DNA of 63,194 nucleotides, counting the filler, from Chiloscyllium plagiosum (lineage: Eukaryota), in assembly GCF_004010195.1 (NCBI RefSeq). It is 3 parts of one record of this genome, joined end to end, with 100 filler letters (N's around TTAATTAATTAA, not from the genome) between each part and the next. Parts side by side here need not be neighbours in the genome. Positions count along the whole stretch, not along the records: positions 1 to 31,976 come from NC_057711.1; 2 more parts are not named here. One strand, given 5' to 3'. The translations under genes were made by a program, and so were the position numbers. Within the stretch, counting starts at the first letter, position 1. The number at the start of each line of letters is the position of its first letter. The notes under the pieces were generated by a model. The model saw only the letters and a program-made list of their open reading frames with translations. It was not told the DNA's origin and searched no databases. This document shows, piece by piece, positions 12,958-24,524 of the stretch.

Positions 12958-13471
12958 AAGCTAAAAAAATGTTTAAATGACAAAGGAGCAAATGATGTTT
13001 AATCAGTAAGACCACTGCTTGCAGACAATATTGATGGATCCTGATCTATGGATCAGGCCATTGGGGGGTTTATAATGAAGTTTGTTTCCATGTATCCAAA
13101 TTGTATCCAGCAAGTCAGCACTCTCTCGGAAATGTAGCCATCCCATTTTTTTTTATTAAAGTGTTGTCTAGTGGAAACATTCGTTTCAGATCCGTGACAG
13201 TGTCAGGGTTTGTGGAACATTTTTAGTTGTTCAGTCTGGACAGTTTGGGATCAGTTTGCACAAGTTAGAGAGGGACTAAAGCTCAGTAAATATGAGAAGG
13301 AGACAGATGTAGACTCAAAATTTCGGAGTGTGGCCGTTAGCTGTGCTGCTGAGAGGTCAGCTAAACAGCACAGACTAGGAGAATTGAAGAGCAGTTGAGT
13401 GTGCTGTTGGAATTCTTCCTGAGTCCATTTGTATGTCAATTTCTTTTAACCGTGTCTTTTCTATTCAATAG

Positions 13472-13611
13472 AATTCTAGTTCGTCTTCAAGTGTCCAAGA
13501 CCAAAGGATTGCCAACATGTTTGAGCTTTCAGCTGATTATCGTCAACAGCACTTTCTGACTGGACTGCTGTTCACTGAGCTCACAGCTGCACTGGATACT
13601 GACATAGAAGG
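13472..13611 (+). CDS. DOCK8: DOCK8 exon ([47 protein letters not shown])
   Basis: aatag|AAT...GG|gtatg, 140 nt, phase 0/2. Confidence 0.95.
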
Positions 13612-13674
13612 GTATGGGGTTTAACCTCTGTTCACATTTCAGTGAAACAAATTAGTTATTTGTAATGGACTCAC

Positions 13675-13917
13675 ATGATCTGGAATGAAGAATCTCATGA
13701 TGGTTGACCATGAACTGTTGCCGATCGTCAGGTAAAACCCATTTGGTTAACTAATGTCCTTTAGGGAAAGAAACTGCTGTCTTACCTGGTCTGGCCTACA
13801 TGTGACTCCAGACCCACAGCAATATGGCTGACTCTTAACTACCCTCTGGGTAATTAGGAATGGGTAATAAGTATTGGCCTGGCCAGTCATGCCCTCATCC
13901 CTTGAATCAATAAAAAA
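13675..13917 (+). mobile_element. SINE-like repeat with LINE-type tail (related copies at about 38545-38880 and 55050-55395)
   Basis: Shared core ggtt(a/c)actaatgtcctttagggaa...ctggtctggcctacatgtgactccagacccacagcaat and tail aattaggaatgggtaataa. Confidence 0.7.
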
Positions 13918-14809
13918 CGATTCTCAGATCGGCAGATTCAGAGAGCAAATTAGTTGAATGTGGCTAGCGACTGGCCAGCCATTTGAATGAACAGGTTATG
14001 GGGCTACACTAACTCCAATTGTAACTACTAACTTCAGTTCTTCGCTTTGTTTTTGATTTATTTGAATATATTTTGGTGAATCAACTAACCTAGATTTCAG
14101 TGAACATGTCCATTCATTTCTGCACACCCATCACTAAATAATGTCAAACATACAGCTGAGTTTCTGCTCAAACCACTCTTAAATATGCCACCGTCAAACT
14201 TTCCCTCACCAGTACTGTAACTAATTCTAAATCCAGTCTACCAATACATCTCTAAAGTGCGCAATTTACTGATTAGTTGTCGAATGATAAATTGTTTACC
14301 TGTTGGCTATAGTGATGAGTTTATTCCAATACTTACTCCCCTGAGTCATGAAGTGAAAAAATGTTTTGGTCTTAGCAACTTAGGAAGCAAAATGCTGGAA
14401 TGTATTTGGAATCAGTGAGAGATCTTTGGTACAGTAGCTATAAGAATTAATGCTGAGGGGACAGGGTTCTTCATGGGGGAAGTGAACATGAATGTAAGGT
14501 CCATGCCTCTGGTTTACACTTGTTTATGAAGATTGATATGTTAACAAATAAATCTCATGTAAGCCAGAAAAGAACAGTTGTTCCCAACCAAATCAACACT
14601 AAACTTCCTAAGATACAAACAGTTGATAATGACTTCATTAATGACTGATCCATGTATGGCTGTGAACTAGATAGGGTTTGTGCCCAGCGTGTGGAAAGAG
14701 ATGGGTAGTTGAAAAGAATATTTATCATCTATAAATCATAAACCTATCAGTAGCTTTTCATAATTTTTTAATAGGTTTATGGAAATAAGATTGGCCTCAG
14801 GGGAATACA

Positions 14810-15181
14810 CTAGAAGAAAGTGAGGCCTGCAGATGCTGGAGGCTCAGAGTTGAGTGTGGTGCTGAAAAAGCACAGGAGGTCAGGCAGCACCCGAGGAGCA
14901 GGAGAATTGACATTTTAGGCAAAAACCCTTAATCAGGAATGAGGCTGGGAACCTTGGGGGTGGAGAGTTAAATGGAGGGGGTTGAGGTTGGAGGAAAGGT
15001 AGCTGAGAGTGCGACAGGTGGATGGAGGTGGGGGTAAAGGTGGTAGGTCCACATTTACCTCTTCACAGCCTCGGCTCACAGCCTCATTCCTGATGAAGGG
15101 CTTTTGCCCGAAACATCGATTCTCCTGCTCCTCGGGTGCTGCCTGACCTGCTGTGCTTTTCCAGCACCACACACTCAACTC
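14810..15181. mobile_element. Palindromic mini-PLE (inverted terminal arms) with 12-bp TSD cag(g/a)ggaataca
   Basis: Arms about 14848-14948 and 15080-15178 are reverse complements; TSD at 14798-14809 and 15182-15193. Confidence 0.8.
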
Positions 15182-15621
15182 CAGAGGAATACAATTTTAC
15201 AGAATATATTTTGTTACCATTATTCATCTTCTTATGTACCACTGTCAAATACACTTAATCACGCATTACCATAAGAACTGTAGGAGACAGGAACAGAAGC
15301 AGATCATGGCTGATCCAACATTCCCCATGTCCACCTTCCTGTGATTTCCCCGTAATCCTTGACTCTTCTAGTGATCAAGAATGTATCTATCGCACCCTTG
15401 GTATATCTGCCCCCACAGCTCTCTGTGTCAAAGAATTTCAAAGATCCACATCCATCACAAAGTATTAAATATTTACCCAATCAGTAGTGTTTTCTGTTAA
15501 CATTTGTACAAAAATAGTGAAACTCAAAGAAGGAGTTTCATATTTCTTTGCAGGTGAATTAACTGCCGAAACAACTTGGAACAGAAATAATTGACCATCT
15601 GATATTTGCTTACTCCTGCAG

Positions 15622-15791
15622 GATAGCAAAGGTTCAAAAGAAAGCTGTCAATGCCATTGTCAGTCTGCTGTGTTCCCACGATCTGGACTCTCGCTATTCA
15701 AAACCAGAGATCAAAGCAAAAGTAGCTGCCTTGTACCTCCCTCTGATCGGGATCATTCTAGATGCATTGCCACAGCTCTATGACTTCACAG
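15622..15791 (+). CDS. DOCK8: DOCK8 exon ([25 protein letters not shown]...[23 protein letters not shown])
   Basis: tgcag|G...G|gtact, 170 nt, phase 2/1. Confidence 0.95.
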
Positions 15792-15879
15792 GTACTTTTC
15801 ACCTGCTTTACATTTGCTAGAGTGAGAGTCTTGTACTATTGAAAATGAATATGATAGTATGACAATTATAGATGTTTAC

Positions 15880-17432
15880 AAAATCATGCTGGGGCACGTT
15901 TAGGGTGAATAGCAAGGTCTTTTCTCCAGGGTGGTGGGGGGGTGGTACAGAACTAGACGGGATAGGTTTAAAGTGAGAAGGGAAAGACTTAAAAGGGACC
16001 TAAGAGGCAAAGTTTCACGCAGAGGTTGGGGCATGTATGAAATTAGCTGCCAGAGGAAGTGGTGGAGGCTGGTACAATTACAGCATTTAAAGGGTATCTG
16101 GATGGGTGCATGAATAGGAAGGGTTTGGAGGGATATGGGCCAAATACTGGTAAATGGTACTAGATTAGGTCCTCACCCTCAATAACTCTAATTCATTTGG
16201 CTGAACTGGTCCTCACTCTCAATAATTTCTCTTTCGAATCCTCCCACTTCCTCCAGACCAAAGGGGTAGCCATGGGCACCCGCATGGGCCCCAGCTAGGC
16301 ATGTCTCTTTGTTGGCCACGCAGAACAGTCCATCTTCCGTAGTTACACCGGCACCACTCCCCATCTCTTCCTCCGCTACATTGATGACTGCATCGGCGCC
16401 ACCTCATGCTCCCACAAGGAAGTTGAGCAATTCAACAACTTCACCAACACATTCTACCCCGATCTTATCATAAACCTATCAGTAGCTTTTCATAAATTTT
16501 TAATAGGTTTATGGAAATAAGATTGGCTGCAGGGGACTATCTCAGACATCTCCCTCCCCTTCCTGGACCTCTCCATCTCCATCAGTGGTGACTGACTCAA
16601 CATTGACATATTCTACAAATCCACTAACTTCCACAGCTACCTGGATTACACCTCCTCCCACCCTGCCTCCTGTAAAAATGCCATCCCGTATTTCCAATTC
16701 CTCCACCTCCATCATATCTCCCGGAGGACCAGTTCCACCACAGAAAATACTAGATGGCCTCCTTCTTTAAAGACCACAATTTCCCCTCTCACCATGGTTG
16801 ATGATGCCCTGCAACACATCTCATCCATGTCCCGCACCCACCCCTCCAACCGCAACAAGGACAGAAACCCCCTTGTCCTCACCTTCCACCCCACCAACCT
16901 CCGTATACTTTGCATCATCCTCCGCCATTTCCACCACCTACAAACAGACCCCACCCCCAGGGATATATTTCCCTCCCCACCCCTATCCACTTTCTGTAAA
17001 CAATGTTCCCTCCACAACTACCCCCCCACCTTATCCCAGATCCAATCTTCCAACTCAGCACTGCACTCTTGAACTGTCCTATCTGTCCATCTTCCTGCCC
17101 ATCTAGCTTCGCCACCCTCCTCTCCGATGTATCACCTTCATCTACCTATTGCATTCCCAGTTACCTTCCCCTCAGCCCCACTACCCCCTCCCATTTATCT
17201 CACCGCCCCCTTACCTCACAGCCTCATTCCTGATGAAGGGCTTATGCCCAAAACATCGATTCTCCTGCTCCTCGGATGCTGCATGACCTGCTGTGCTTTC
17301 CCAGCACCACACTCTCGATTGTAATCTCCAGCAAATGCAGTCCTCACTTTTGCCTTGGTTAGGATATCTGGTCAGCACAGACAAGTTGGACTGAAGGGTC
17401 TGTTTCTGTGCTGTACCTCTCTATGACTCTGT
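15880..17432 (+). mobile_element. CR1 3' end (15880-16170 and 17357-17432) interrupted by a PLE fragment
   Basis: The CR1 tail tagattaggt|taggatatctggtc is split by the PLE insertion. Confidence 0.85.
16171..17356 (+). mobile_element. Penelope-like element fragment: RT (YIDD) plus terminal repeat
   Basis: NNFSFESSHFLQTKGVAMGTRMGPS*ACLFVG...LFLRYIDDCIG; PLVLTFHP; ends with ctgatgaagggcttatgccc...gcagtcctcacttt. Confidence 0.9.
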
Positions 17433-17989
17433 CTCGGAATTTATACTTGTTAATTGATGATCATAGAGGAGCCTTTGCTGCCACCAGAGAGAAAAGCAAG
17501 AATGTAAACTCAGTGGGGCATAAATTGGGAGAATGGGGCTACTTTACTGTCAAACTATGACCTGTAATACCTTGGGGCATAGCCTCCCAATAGTAGATAG
17601 AATTTAGTGAAGGACAAAGCAAAGGACTGTGAATGCTGGAAATCAGAAACTAAAACAGGAATTGCTGGAAAATCTCAGCAGGTCTGGCAGAAAAAAAGCA
17701 GAGTTAACATTTCGGTTCCAGAAACCCTTCCTCAGACTGACCGGAGAAATGTGCTGAGTTTCTCCAGCAATTTCTATTTTTGTATAGAATTTGTATTGTG
17801 AATTTAATCTTGCATTATGACAAAACCTTACTAAATGTAAAATGTACTCAATGAGCTGAAGGAAAATAGAACTGTGGAATTGGGAATGTTCCCTGATTGT
17901 TTTCTCCCATTCTACTCTTCATATTTCTCTCCGAAAGGTAATAATTGACACCAGGGTAAGATTTTGTGGATATTGGCCTGCGTATGTAA

Positions 17990-18490
17990 GCCTTTCAGAT
18001 GGGACATTAAAGTTGGGTGCTGTCTGCCCTATGAAGTAGACATTAATATCCAATGGAGAAATTAAGGACTGCAGATGCTGGAGATCAGAGCTGAAAATGT
18101 GTTGCTGGAAAAGTGGAGCAGGTCAGGCAGCGTCCAAGGAGCAGGAGAATCGAAGTTTTGGGCATGAGCCCTTCCTGAAGAAGGGCTCATGCCCAAAACA
18201 TCGATTCTCCTGCTCCTTGGATGCTGCCTGACCTGCTGCGCTTTTCCCGCAACACATTTTCAGCATTAATATCCAATGGCACTGTTTTGAAGGAAAGCAG
18301 TGATGTTATCCCTGCTTTTCTGGTCAACATTTATTCATTGATCAACATCAAAAACCAAACTATCTGGTCATTATGACATTGCTGTAATGGGAACTTGCTG
18401 CAACACGTTGGTCGCCATGTTCCTTTCCTGCCCTACAAAAGTGTGTCAAAACATATTTTAGTAGCTGTAAAATGCTTTGGGATTTGTGTT
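17990..18490 (+). mobile_element. Deu-SINE-like element (SacSINE1/AmnSINE1-like core) interrupted by a mini-PLE
   Basis: gtctgccct...caatgg|cactgttttgaaggaaagcag...tatctggtcattatgacattgctg...gctgtaaaatgctttgggat resembles the Deu domain (from recall). Confidence 0.65.
18057..18263. mobile_element. Palindromic mini-PLE with 16-bp TSD cattaatatccaatgg
   Basis: Two inverted arms of about 85 bp; perfect TSD at 18041-18056 and 18264-18279. Confidence 0.9.
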
Positions 18491-19110
18491 ATTCTTACAT
18501 TGTTATGAAAACAATTATCCTTCACCTGTAACCCTGGGCACTGAGCGTCAACAGTTCCTGGACAGTGAGGGCCCTCTTGTGGCACAGTGGTAGTGTCCCT
18601 ACTTCTGGACAAGGAATTACAGGTTCAAGTCCCACCTATTCCAGAAGTGTGTACTAACATCGAAGCATTTTAATAATTGTTATTGACCTGCCCAGAGAGT
18701 TTGCTGTAAAATGTGAAGACTGCAGCTAGGCAATGGAGTGAATCCTATGTGTGTGGGTATCAATTGTTGATTTGTCTGCTGTGTATAACCAGGACCAAAT
18801 CCATCACCCTGTGAATATGGTTACATTGCAAAATCATTTCCAATGGAACAGGTACTTAATATAATTTGCTAGAGAATGTCAGTTATTATTTCTACTGAAC
18901 TCTGTGCATCAGGGAGACCGGTTTCAGGACTGAAAATGTCTGAACCATGAAATTGTTAATTTTCCAATTGTTGTTGTTGCTGTGAATTTGTACATATCCT
19001 GTAATGCCATCAATCATAAGATTATGTTTCGGAATAAGATGTCATCAGCAGTGTCTGATATTCTATTTCTGCTTCACGGTAGTTCTCTCCATCTGTATTT
19101 GTTGCTTCAG

Positions 19111-19253
19111 ATGCTCGGACCAGGAAGATTCGTCCAAGTAGTTCAGATGGTGAGAACGACACCAACCCCATCAATCCGTCCATTGCCTCATCAATAGCTG
19201 GAAATGCAGGAAACACCATGCTGAAGAGCTCAGCGACAACCTTTACATCTCTG
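19111..19253 (+). CDS. DOCK8: DOCK8 exon (DARTRKIRPSSSDGENDTNPINPSIASSIAGNAGNTMLKSSATTFTSL)
   Basis: ttcag|AT...CTG|gtatg, 143 nt, phase 1/0, corresponds to the INQNVALAIAGN segment. Confidence 0.88.
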
Positions 19254-19639
19254 GTATGTGAATAGTCCCTCAATAGGACTTTGGTTAAATTCTCTTACTG
19301 ATACATTGGGCTGGACGTTTGCTTCTGTCTTTTGGGGTGGGATGTTAGTTGTGATGTTACCTCCAATAGGCGCCACCTCTGAGGCCATCCATTTCAGGTG
19401 TGCCATCTCAGGACATGCTGCCCATTTGTTAGCCCCAGCCCCCACTGGAAGGTGACCATTGGCGGGAGTTGCTTACTTAAAGCCCTCATCCCACTGCCAG
19501 CAGGATTTAACTGAGTGGACTAGAGCTCCTGGGAACATTCCAGGGGTCCTCCATGTTCCCCTTGTTCACCTCTTTCCCAGCTCAACCCCACTGCCAGATG
19601 CTTCAGTCCCCTCGCTGTGAGCCCAGACTGTTAACAAGT

Positions 19640-19760
19640 TAGCAGGTTTTGAGAAGATTTTTAACTCAGGTTGAGGTTCTGGATGTAGGTTTGCTCGCTG
19701 AGATGGAAGGTTCATTTTCAACTTCCAGCTCAGTAAGCAAACCTACATCCAGAGCACTTA
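19640..19760. mobile_element. Short fold-back fragment of a third, probably PLE-related terminal family
   Basis: ctggatgtaggtttgctcgctgagatggaag / cttccagctcagtaagcaaacctacatccag inverted arms. Confidence 0.65.
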
Positions 19761-21257
19761 ACAAATCTAACTTCAACATTGAACAACTCCATCAACCTCG
19801 GGTACTGCACCAATCCCATCTGGTGGCACCGACAGTATTGGAAATCTGTCAGCCTTAGGCAGAATTGAGAGCGTAGTGCTGGAAAAACACAGCAGGTCAG
19901 GCAGTGTCCAAGGAGCAGAATTGATGTTTTGGGCACAAGGAATCCTCAGCTGTCCTGCTTGAATGAATGTTCTTCAGTTCCAGTCGGGTTATTTTCTGAT
20001 AATCACATAAAGTTTAAATCCATACACCATTCTTCAGGAAATGAAACAGCTTATTCCACAGGCAACAAAATATTGACAACATCCAGGCATGGGCAGATAT
20101 GTGGCAAGTGATATTTGCACAACACAATAGGCAGGCAATGACCATCTCCAGTGAGAGGGAATCTAGTTATCTTTCTCTAAGATTGCATGGCACATGTCCC
20201 ACCAAACCTTGTGGAACTGTCAGATAGTCAACTAGTTAGGTCACATTAATATTGTTTCAACTGGAGCAATTCAGAGGTTGGAAATTCTATGGGAAATAAC
20301 TCAATTTTTATTCTGCAAAGGCTTTTCAGCACCTACAGGTTCAGGAAGTTCCATATTGTTCAGTTTGAGTAATCAATAGCCCATCCACCACCTTAATTAT
20401 ACAGCCCTTCCACCACAGTGAATGTGGATGTTATCAATGGCATACAATGGGGCTGCACAATGGCTCAATGAGTAGCAGAGTGCCTCACAGATCCAGGGAC
20501 CCAGGTTTGATTCGCTCTCCCTCTCTTACTCACTGCCAAGAACAAAATGGACTGAGCTTTTTGAATTGAGACACTCCGTGACCTCTCATCATGGAGAACG
20601 GCAAATGCAAATGTTGCAAATAAATGCAGCTTCCTAGAAGAAGGCCAGCAGATAAAAGTCCATCGCCACAGCCACCTTCACATTAGTGGTAATACCATCC
20701 TTGCTTTTTGAATTGTGGATGCAGCTGGCCACAGATTCCTGTGAGTGTTCTTCCTGAAGTATTGGTAGCAGTCCCTTTGATTGTCATTGTGTTCCAGCCA
20801 GAAGGAAAGGTTCCCCTCAAACTCTGGATGGGTATATTCAGAGCACGTCTCTCCTCCTTCCTCCCTTTTCCAGAAGCCTGTCCTTCTCTGCTGGTGCTCC
20901 TAGACATGCTGTATTCCAAGGGAAAGGTTTACATGTTTAGAGGCAGCTGCTTCACAACAAAAGGGGAGGTCAGTACAAAGCTCTTCACCATCTACCACAC
21001 CACTCCCTGCTGACTTTAGAAATGTTGAGAACTTTAGTAAGCACCAAGTATTGCACAAGCAACAGCCATTACAAATTAACCAACAATAAAGTACAGGATG
21101 ACCCCTTTAAATAGCATCTGTGGCTGATCTCGTGAATGTTTGTTCAGTAACATGTGGTAGATAGCATGAAGCAATGAGCTGTAAAATGACATTGCTGTTT
21201 TTAAATTATCATCATAGACTGATAGGCTTCTTGACTTGCTGACCTGTGTATTTCATC

Positions 21258-21392
21258 AGAATTCCTGATAAAGGGCTTATTCCTGAAACGTCAACTCTCC
21301 TGCTGCTTGGATGCTGCCTGACCTGCTGTGCTTTTCCTGCACCACACTCTCGACTCTGATCTCCAGCGTCTGCAATCCTCACTTTCCCCTCG
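21258..21392 (+). mobile_element. PLE terminal fragment
   Basis: attcctgataaagggcttattcctgaaacgtc...gcaatcctcactttccc. Confidence 0.8.
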
Positions 21393-21569
21393 CAGAATTT
21401 TATCTCCAATACTGTTTATGTTTCTTCTCTTCCTTTGCACGTTGTGTAGCAAACTCTGTACAGTAGATTCAACTGATGTGAAATAAACTGTCTAAACTGG
21501 GTTCATCTTTACTCCTCTGGAGTTAGGGTTTTGTATGATTGCTGATTCCTTTGTTTCATTTCTTTACAG

Positions 21570-21752
21570 CTAAGCAAACAGCTAACCCCATTGGCTGCTG
21601 ACGCCAGTCGGGATTTACTGATTTCCTTTTTATGGATCTTGAAGAATGCTGATCAAACACTTATCAGAAAATGGATTATAGATCTTCCTGTCACCCAACT
21701 CAACAAGATCCTAGACCTGTTGCACCTCTGTGTTTCGTGCTTTGAGTATAGG
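21570..21752 (+). CDS. DOCK8: DOCK8 exon ([36 protein letters not shown]...CVSCFEYR)
   Basis: tacag|CTA...AGG|gtaag, 183 nt. Confidence 0.95.
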
Positions 21753-21837
21753 GTAAGGATACTAGCCATGGTGCTGTATTTATTGTGGAAGGTACCATTA
21801 CACATCTAGCATTATCCCTGTATTTACATGAGGGAGT

Positions 21838-22050
21838 GGGGTCAGTTAGCTCAGTTGGCTAGATGGCTGGTTTACGATGCAGCGTGACGCCAACAGCGTG
21901 GGTTCAATTCCTACACCAGCAGAGGTTATGAAGAAAATCTCCTTCTGATCTCTCCCCTCACCTGAGGTGTAGTGACCCTCAGGTTAAACTATCACCAGTT
22001 ACTGCTCTCTAATGAGTGAGCAGCCCTACTGTCTACTAAGACTGTGGCAA
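21838..22050 (+). mobile_element. tRNA-derived SINE (3' part also at about 28085-28195)
   Basis: A box tagctcagttgg, B box ggttcaattcc; body cccctcacctgagg..gtgaccctcaggttaaac shared with the 28085 copy. Confidence 0.75.
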
Positions 22051-22217
22051 TCGTACCTGTCCTCTTTTTTTTTATGTGAGGGAGAAAAATAAGAAACGGT
22101 ATTATTTTAAAAATCTGGGAGCACCAAACAATTCTCTCTGCATCAAAATCAAGAGAAAGACGAGTTAGCATTTTCAGTTGAGATCCTTTCTTGATTCTAC
22201 GCGCTAACATTTTCGAA

Positions 22218-22380
22218 TATGGGTCGTTCTGCTAAAACGCGATAGTTGTGTTCCTCTGTACCCCTGCACTAAGGAAAGCTGCGATAGAAAATTGTGCTGT
22301 GGAAGATCACTATAGAAAACTGTGTCCACAATTTGTCAAACGTGTCATAACCAATTTGTGTTATACCAAAATGACCTGTA
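22218..22380. mobile_element. TA-flanked MITE (Tc1/mariner-type), decayed
   Basis: Ends tatgggtcgttctgcta / tataccaaaatgacctgta; related to 24319-24524. Confidence 0.55.
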
Positions 22381-23351
22381 TTAATTCAGATTTCCGTCTT
22401 TTATCTGCATAATGCTTTAGCTGTTGGAATGTCATGTTAACACTTTTATAAATAGACTGCCAACTACAACTTGCGGAAAACCCCTGACCTTGACAATTGC
22501 ACATTGTAGACACACAGTGACCAATTAGTTCCTTAATCTTTTCATAGTGCTCTACACCCACACTTACAGCTACACTTCGGATTATTTCCAAAACTAAGCA
22601 CACTCACACTGCCGAAGCACAGGATACATTAAGGGTTATTCGGCCCGGGAATCCCTGACTCACCAAGTACCTATCCCCCAAAGTCAGTTGCCATGTTTGG
22701 TGTAGGTGGTGGTTATGCTGACAAAGCCCTTGTACGGATATATCCATTTTAGGCCAGAGCTAGGCACATGAAGAACCTAACTTTGTATCCAACCCAGCAG
22801 GAACATTTCCACTATTATTAGATTGGAAATATGACAGAGGATCCATGTATTTTCAGCCACAAAGTAATTTCTCCACCTAATTAGATCTGCAAATATAAAC
22901 TATTGTGAAGTTATAGAGTCAGGCAGCACAGAAACAGGCCCTTTGGTCCATGTCAACCAGAATTCCAAAGTAAACTAGCTGCAGCTGCCTGCATTTGGCC
23001 CATAGCCCTCCAAACATTTCCTATTTGTGTACTTATCCAAATGTCTTTTAAACATTACAACTGTACCCACATCCACCACTTCTTCTGGAGGTTCATTCCA
23101 CACAGACACCACTCTTTGTACAAAATAAAATGCTCCTATGAAGTTACTTTAGAGATACCTCCATGTTCCTTTAACAGGGACTAGCAGTTACCTCTCCCCA
23201 CCACCTCAGTGCTGTACAGCATGTCCTGTTATTTGCATTGTACGTTGGTTTTGAACTTCAGAGAAAACTTAAAAGAATGTCGTAACACTTGGTATCAAAA
23301 GAAACGACAGCACTGGATTGTTGTAGAAGAAACCTGTCATTTACTTTTCAG

Positions 23352-23484
23352 AGCAAAGTAACTTCAGATAAAGTCAGCACACAGGCCCTCCAGAAAAGCA
23401 AACACACCAAGGCACGACTGGAGGAAGTGCTTCTGGGAAACGCAGGAGCCAGGGGAGAGATGATGAAGCGATGCCGTGGGCCAG
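23352..23484 (+). CDS. DOCK8: DOCK8 exon ([44 protein letters not shown])
   Basis: ttcag|AGC...G|gtagg, 133 nt, phase 0/1. Confidence 0.95.
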
Positions 23485-24318
23485 GTAGGATACTCACCTT
23501 TGTTTTCAGCTCAAACCATTTCCTTTGTTTACACAATGAGAAGAAAAAGTGCTGTCTGTCTAAGTGAGAGATACAGCAAACGCTGATGGGTTGGAGTCAT
23601 AGGGTCAGGTAATGGAGTATTACATGATAGAAAAAATATCTCTACATTGGAAAGAAAAAAATCTCTAAGACAGTTGTGAGACCAGCACAGGATCTTGGAC
23701 CATAGCTAGGAAGGAGGTTTAGTGCCTGGATAGCAGTGAGAAGCAGGAACTGAGATGGATCTGTGGAGTGATGCGAAAGAACATGAACCAGTACTTCAGG
23801 GCATCAGCAACAAGGCTGGGAGCATTGAAGGATGCAGTTGAGAAGAGATGGGAATAATATTGTTCCCTGTTGTGGAGAGAGAGAAAATGTGATGAAGCCA
23901 GTGATGGACATGGGACTGTCAGGAAGGAGGAAAGGAGGAGAAATGGAAAGCTGATGACCAAATTGAAAGAAGCTGTGGGAAAAGACTTAAATGCAGTCAC
24001 TCACAGAGGAATTAGAGAGAGGTGATGAGCTAGCCTTGTGGTGACCCCAAGAGAAATGAGAGGCTAAAAAGAAAAGGAGAAAAATACGTGGCAGAGATAA
24101 GTTATTTCCAAATTTTATTTTTTATACTGCACTTAATTCATCTATTAAAAATATTTTCTATTCATAGAGACATAGAAAGTAAGGACAGGAATAGGCCATT
24201 CAGCCCTTTGAGCCTGTTCTGCCTTTCATTATGATTGTGACTGATCATTCTATTCCGTCCCATGTTGCCACTTTCACCCCATGCCCTTTGATCCCTTTAG
24301 TCCTAAGGACTACATCTA

Positions 24319-24524
24319 CAGGTCATCCTGCTGTAATATGTGTTTTGTTAACACGAATTCACAGTAATGTGATTGACAATGTTTCTAAACGTGAATGTTT
24401 AAACATGTGTTGGTTATATTACAATTACATCGCCAACACTTTAAGTGCTGTTTGTAAAGTGCACTTTTACTATAATGCAGGGTTGCATAAGAACGCAACC
24501 ATCACATTATAGAAGAACTGACTG
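24319..24524. mobile_element. TA-flanked MITE (Tc1/mariner-type) nested in a CR1 tail (24165-24805)
   Basis: TA|caggtcatcctgctgtaat...attatagaagaactgactg|TA; removing the insert restores CR1 atctaactcc. Confidence 0.7.

Noticed and set aside
21838..21915. tRNA gene (also the HE1 heads at about 7060-7134, 50567-50640 and 57490-57555)
   Set aside because: A and B boxes are present but run into SINE bodies, and I could not fold a convincing cloverleaf
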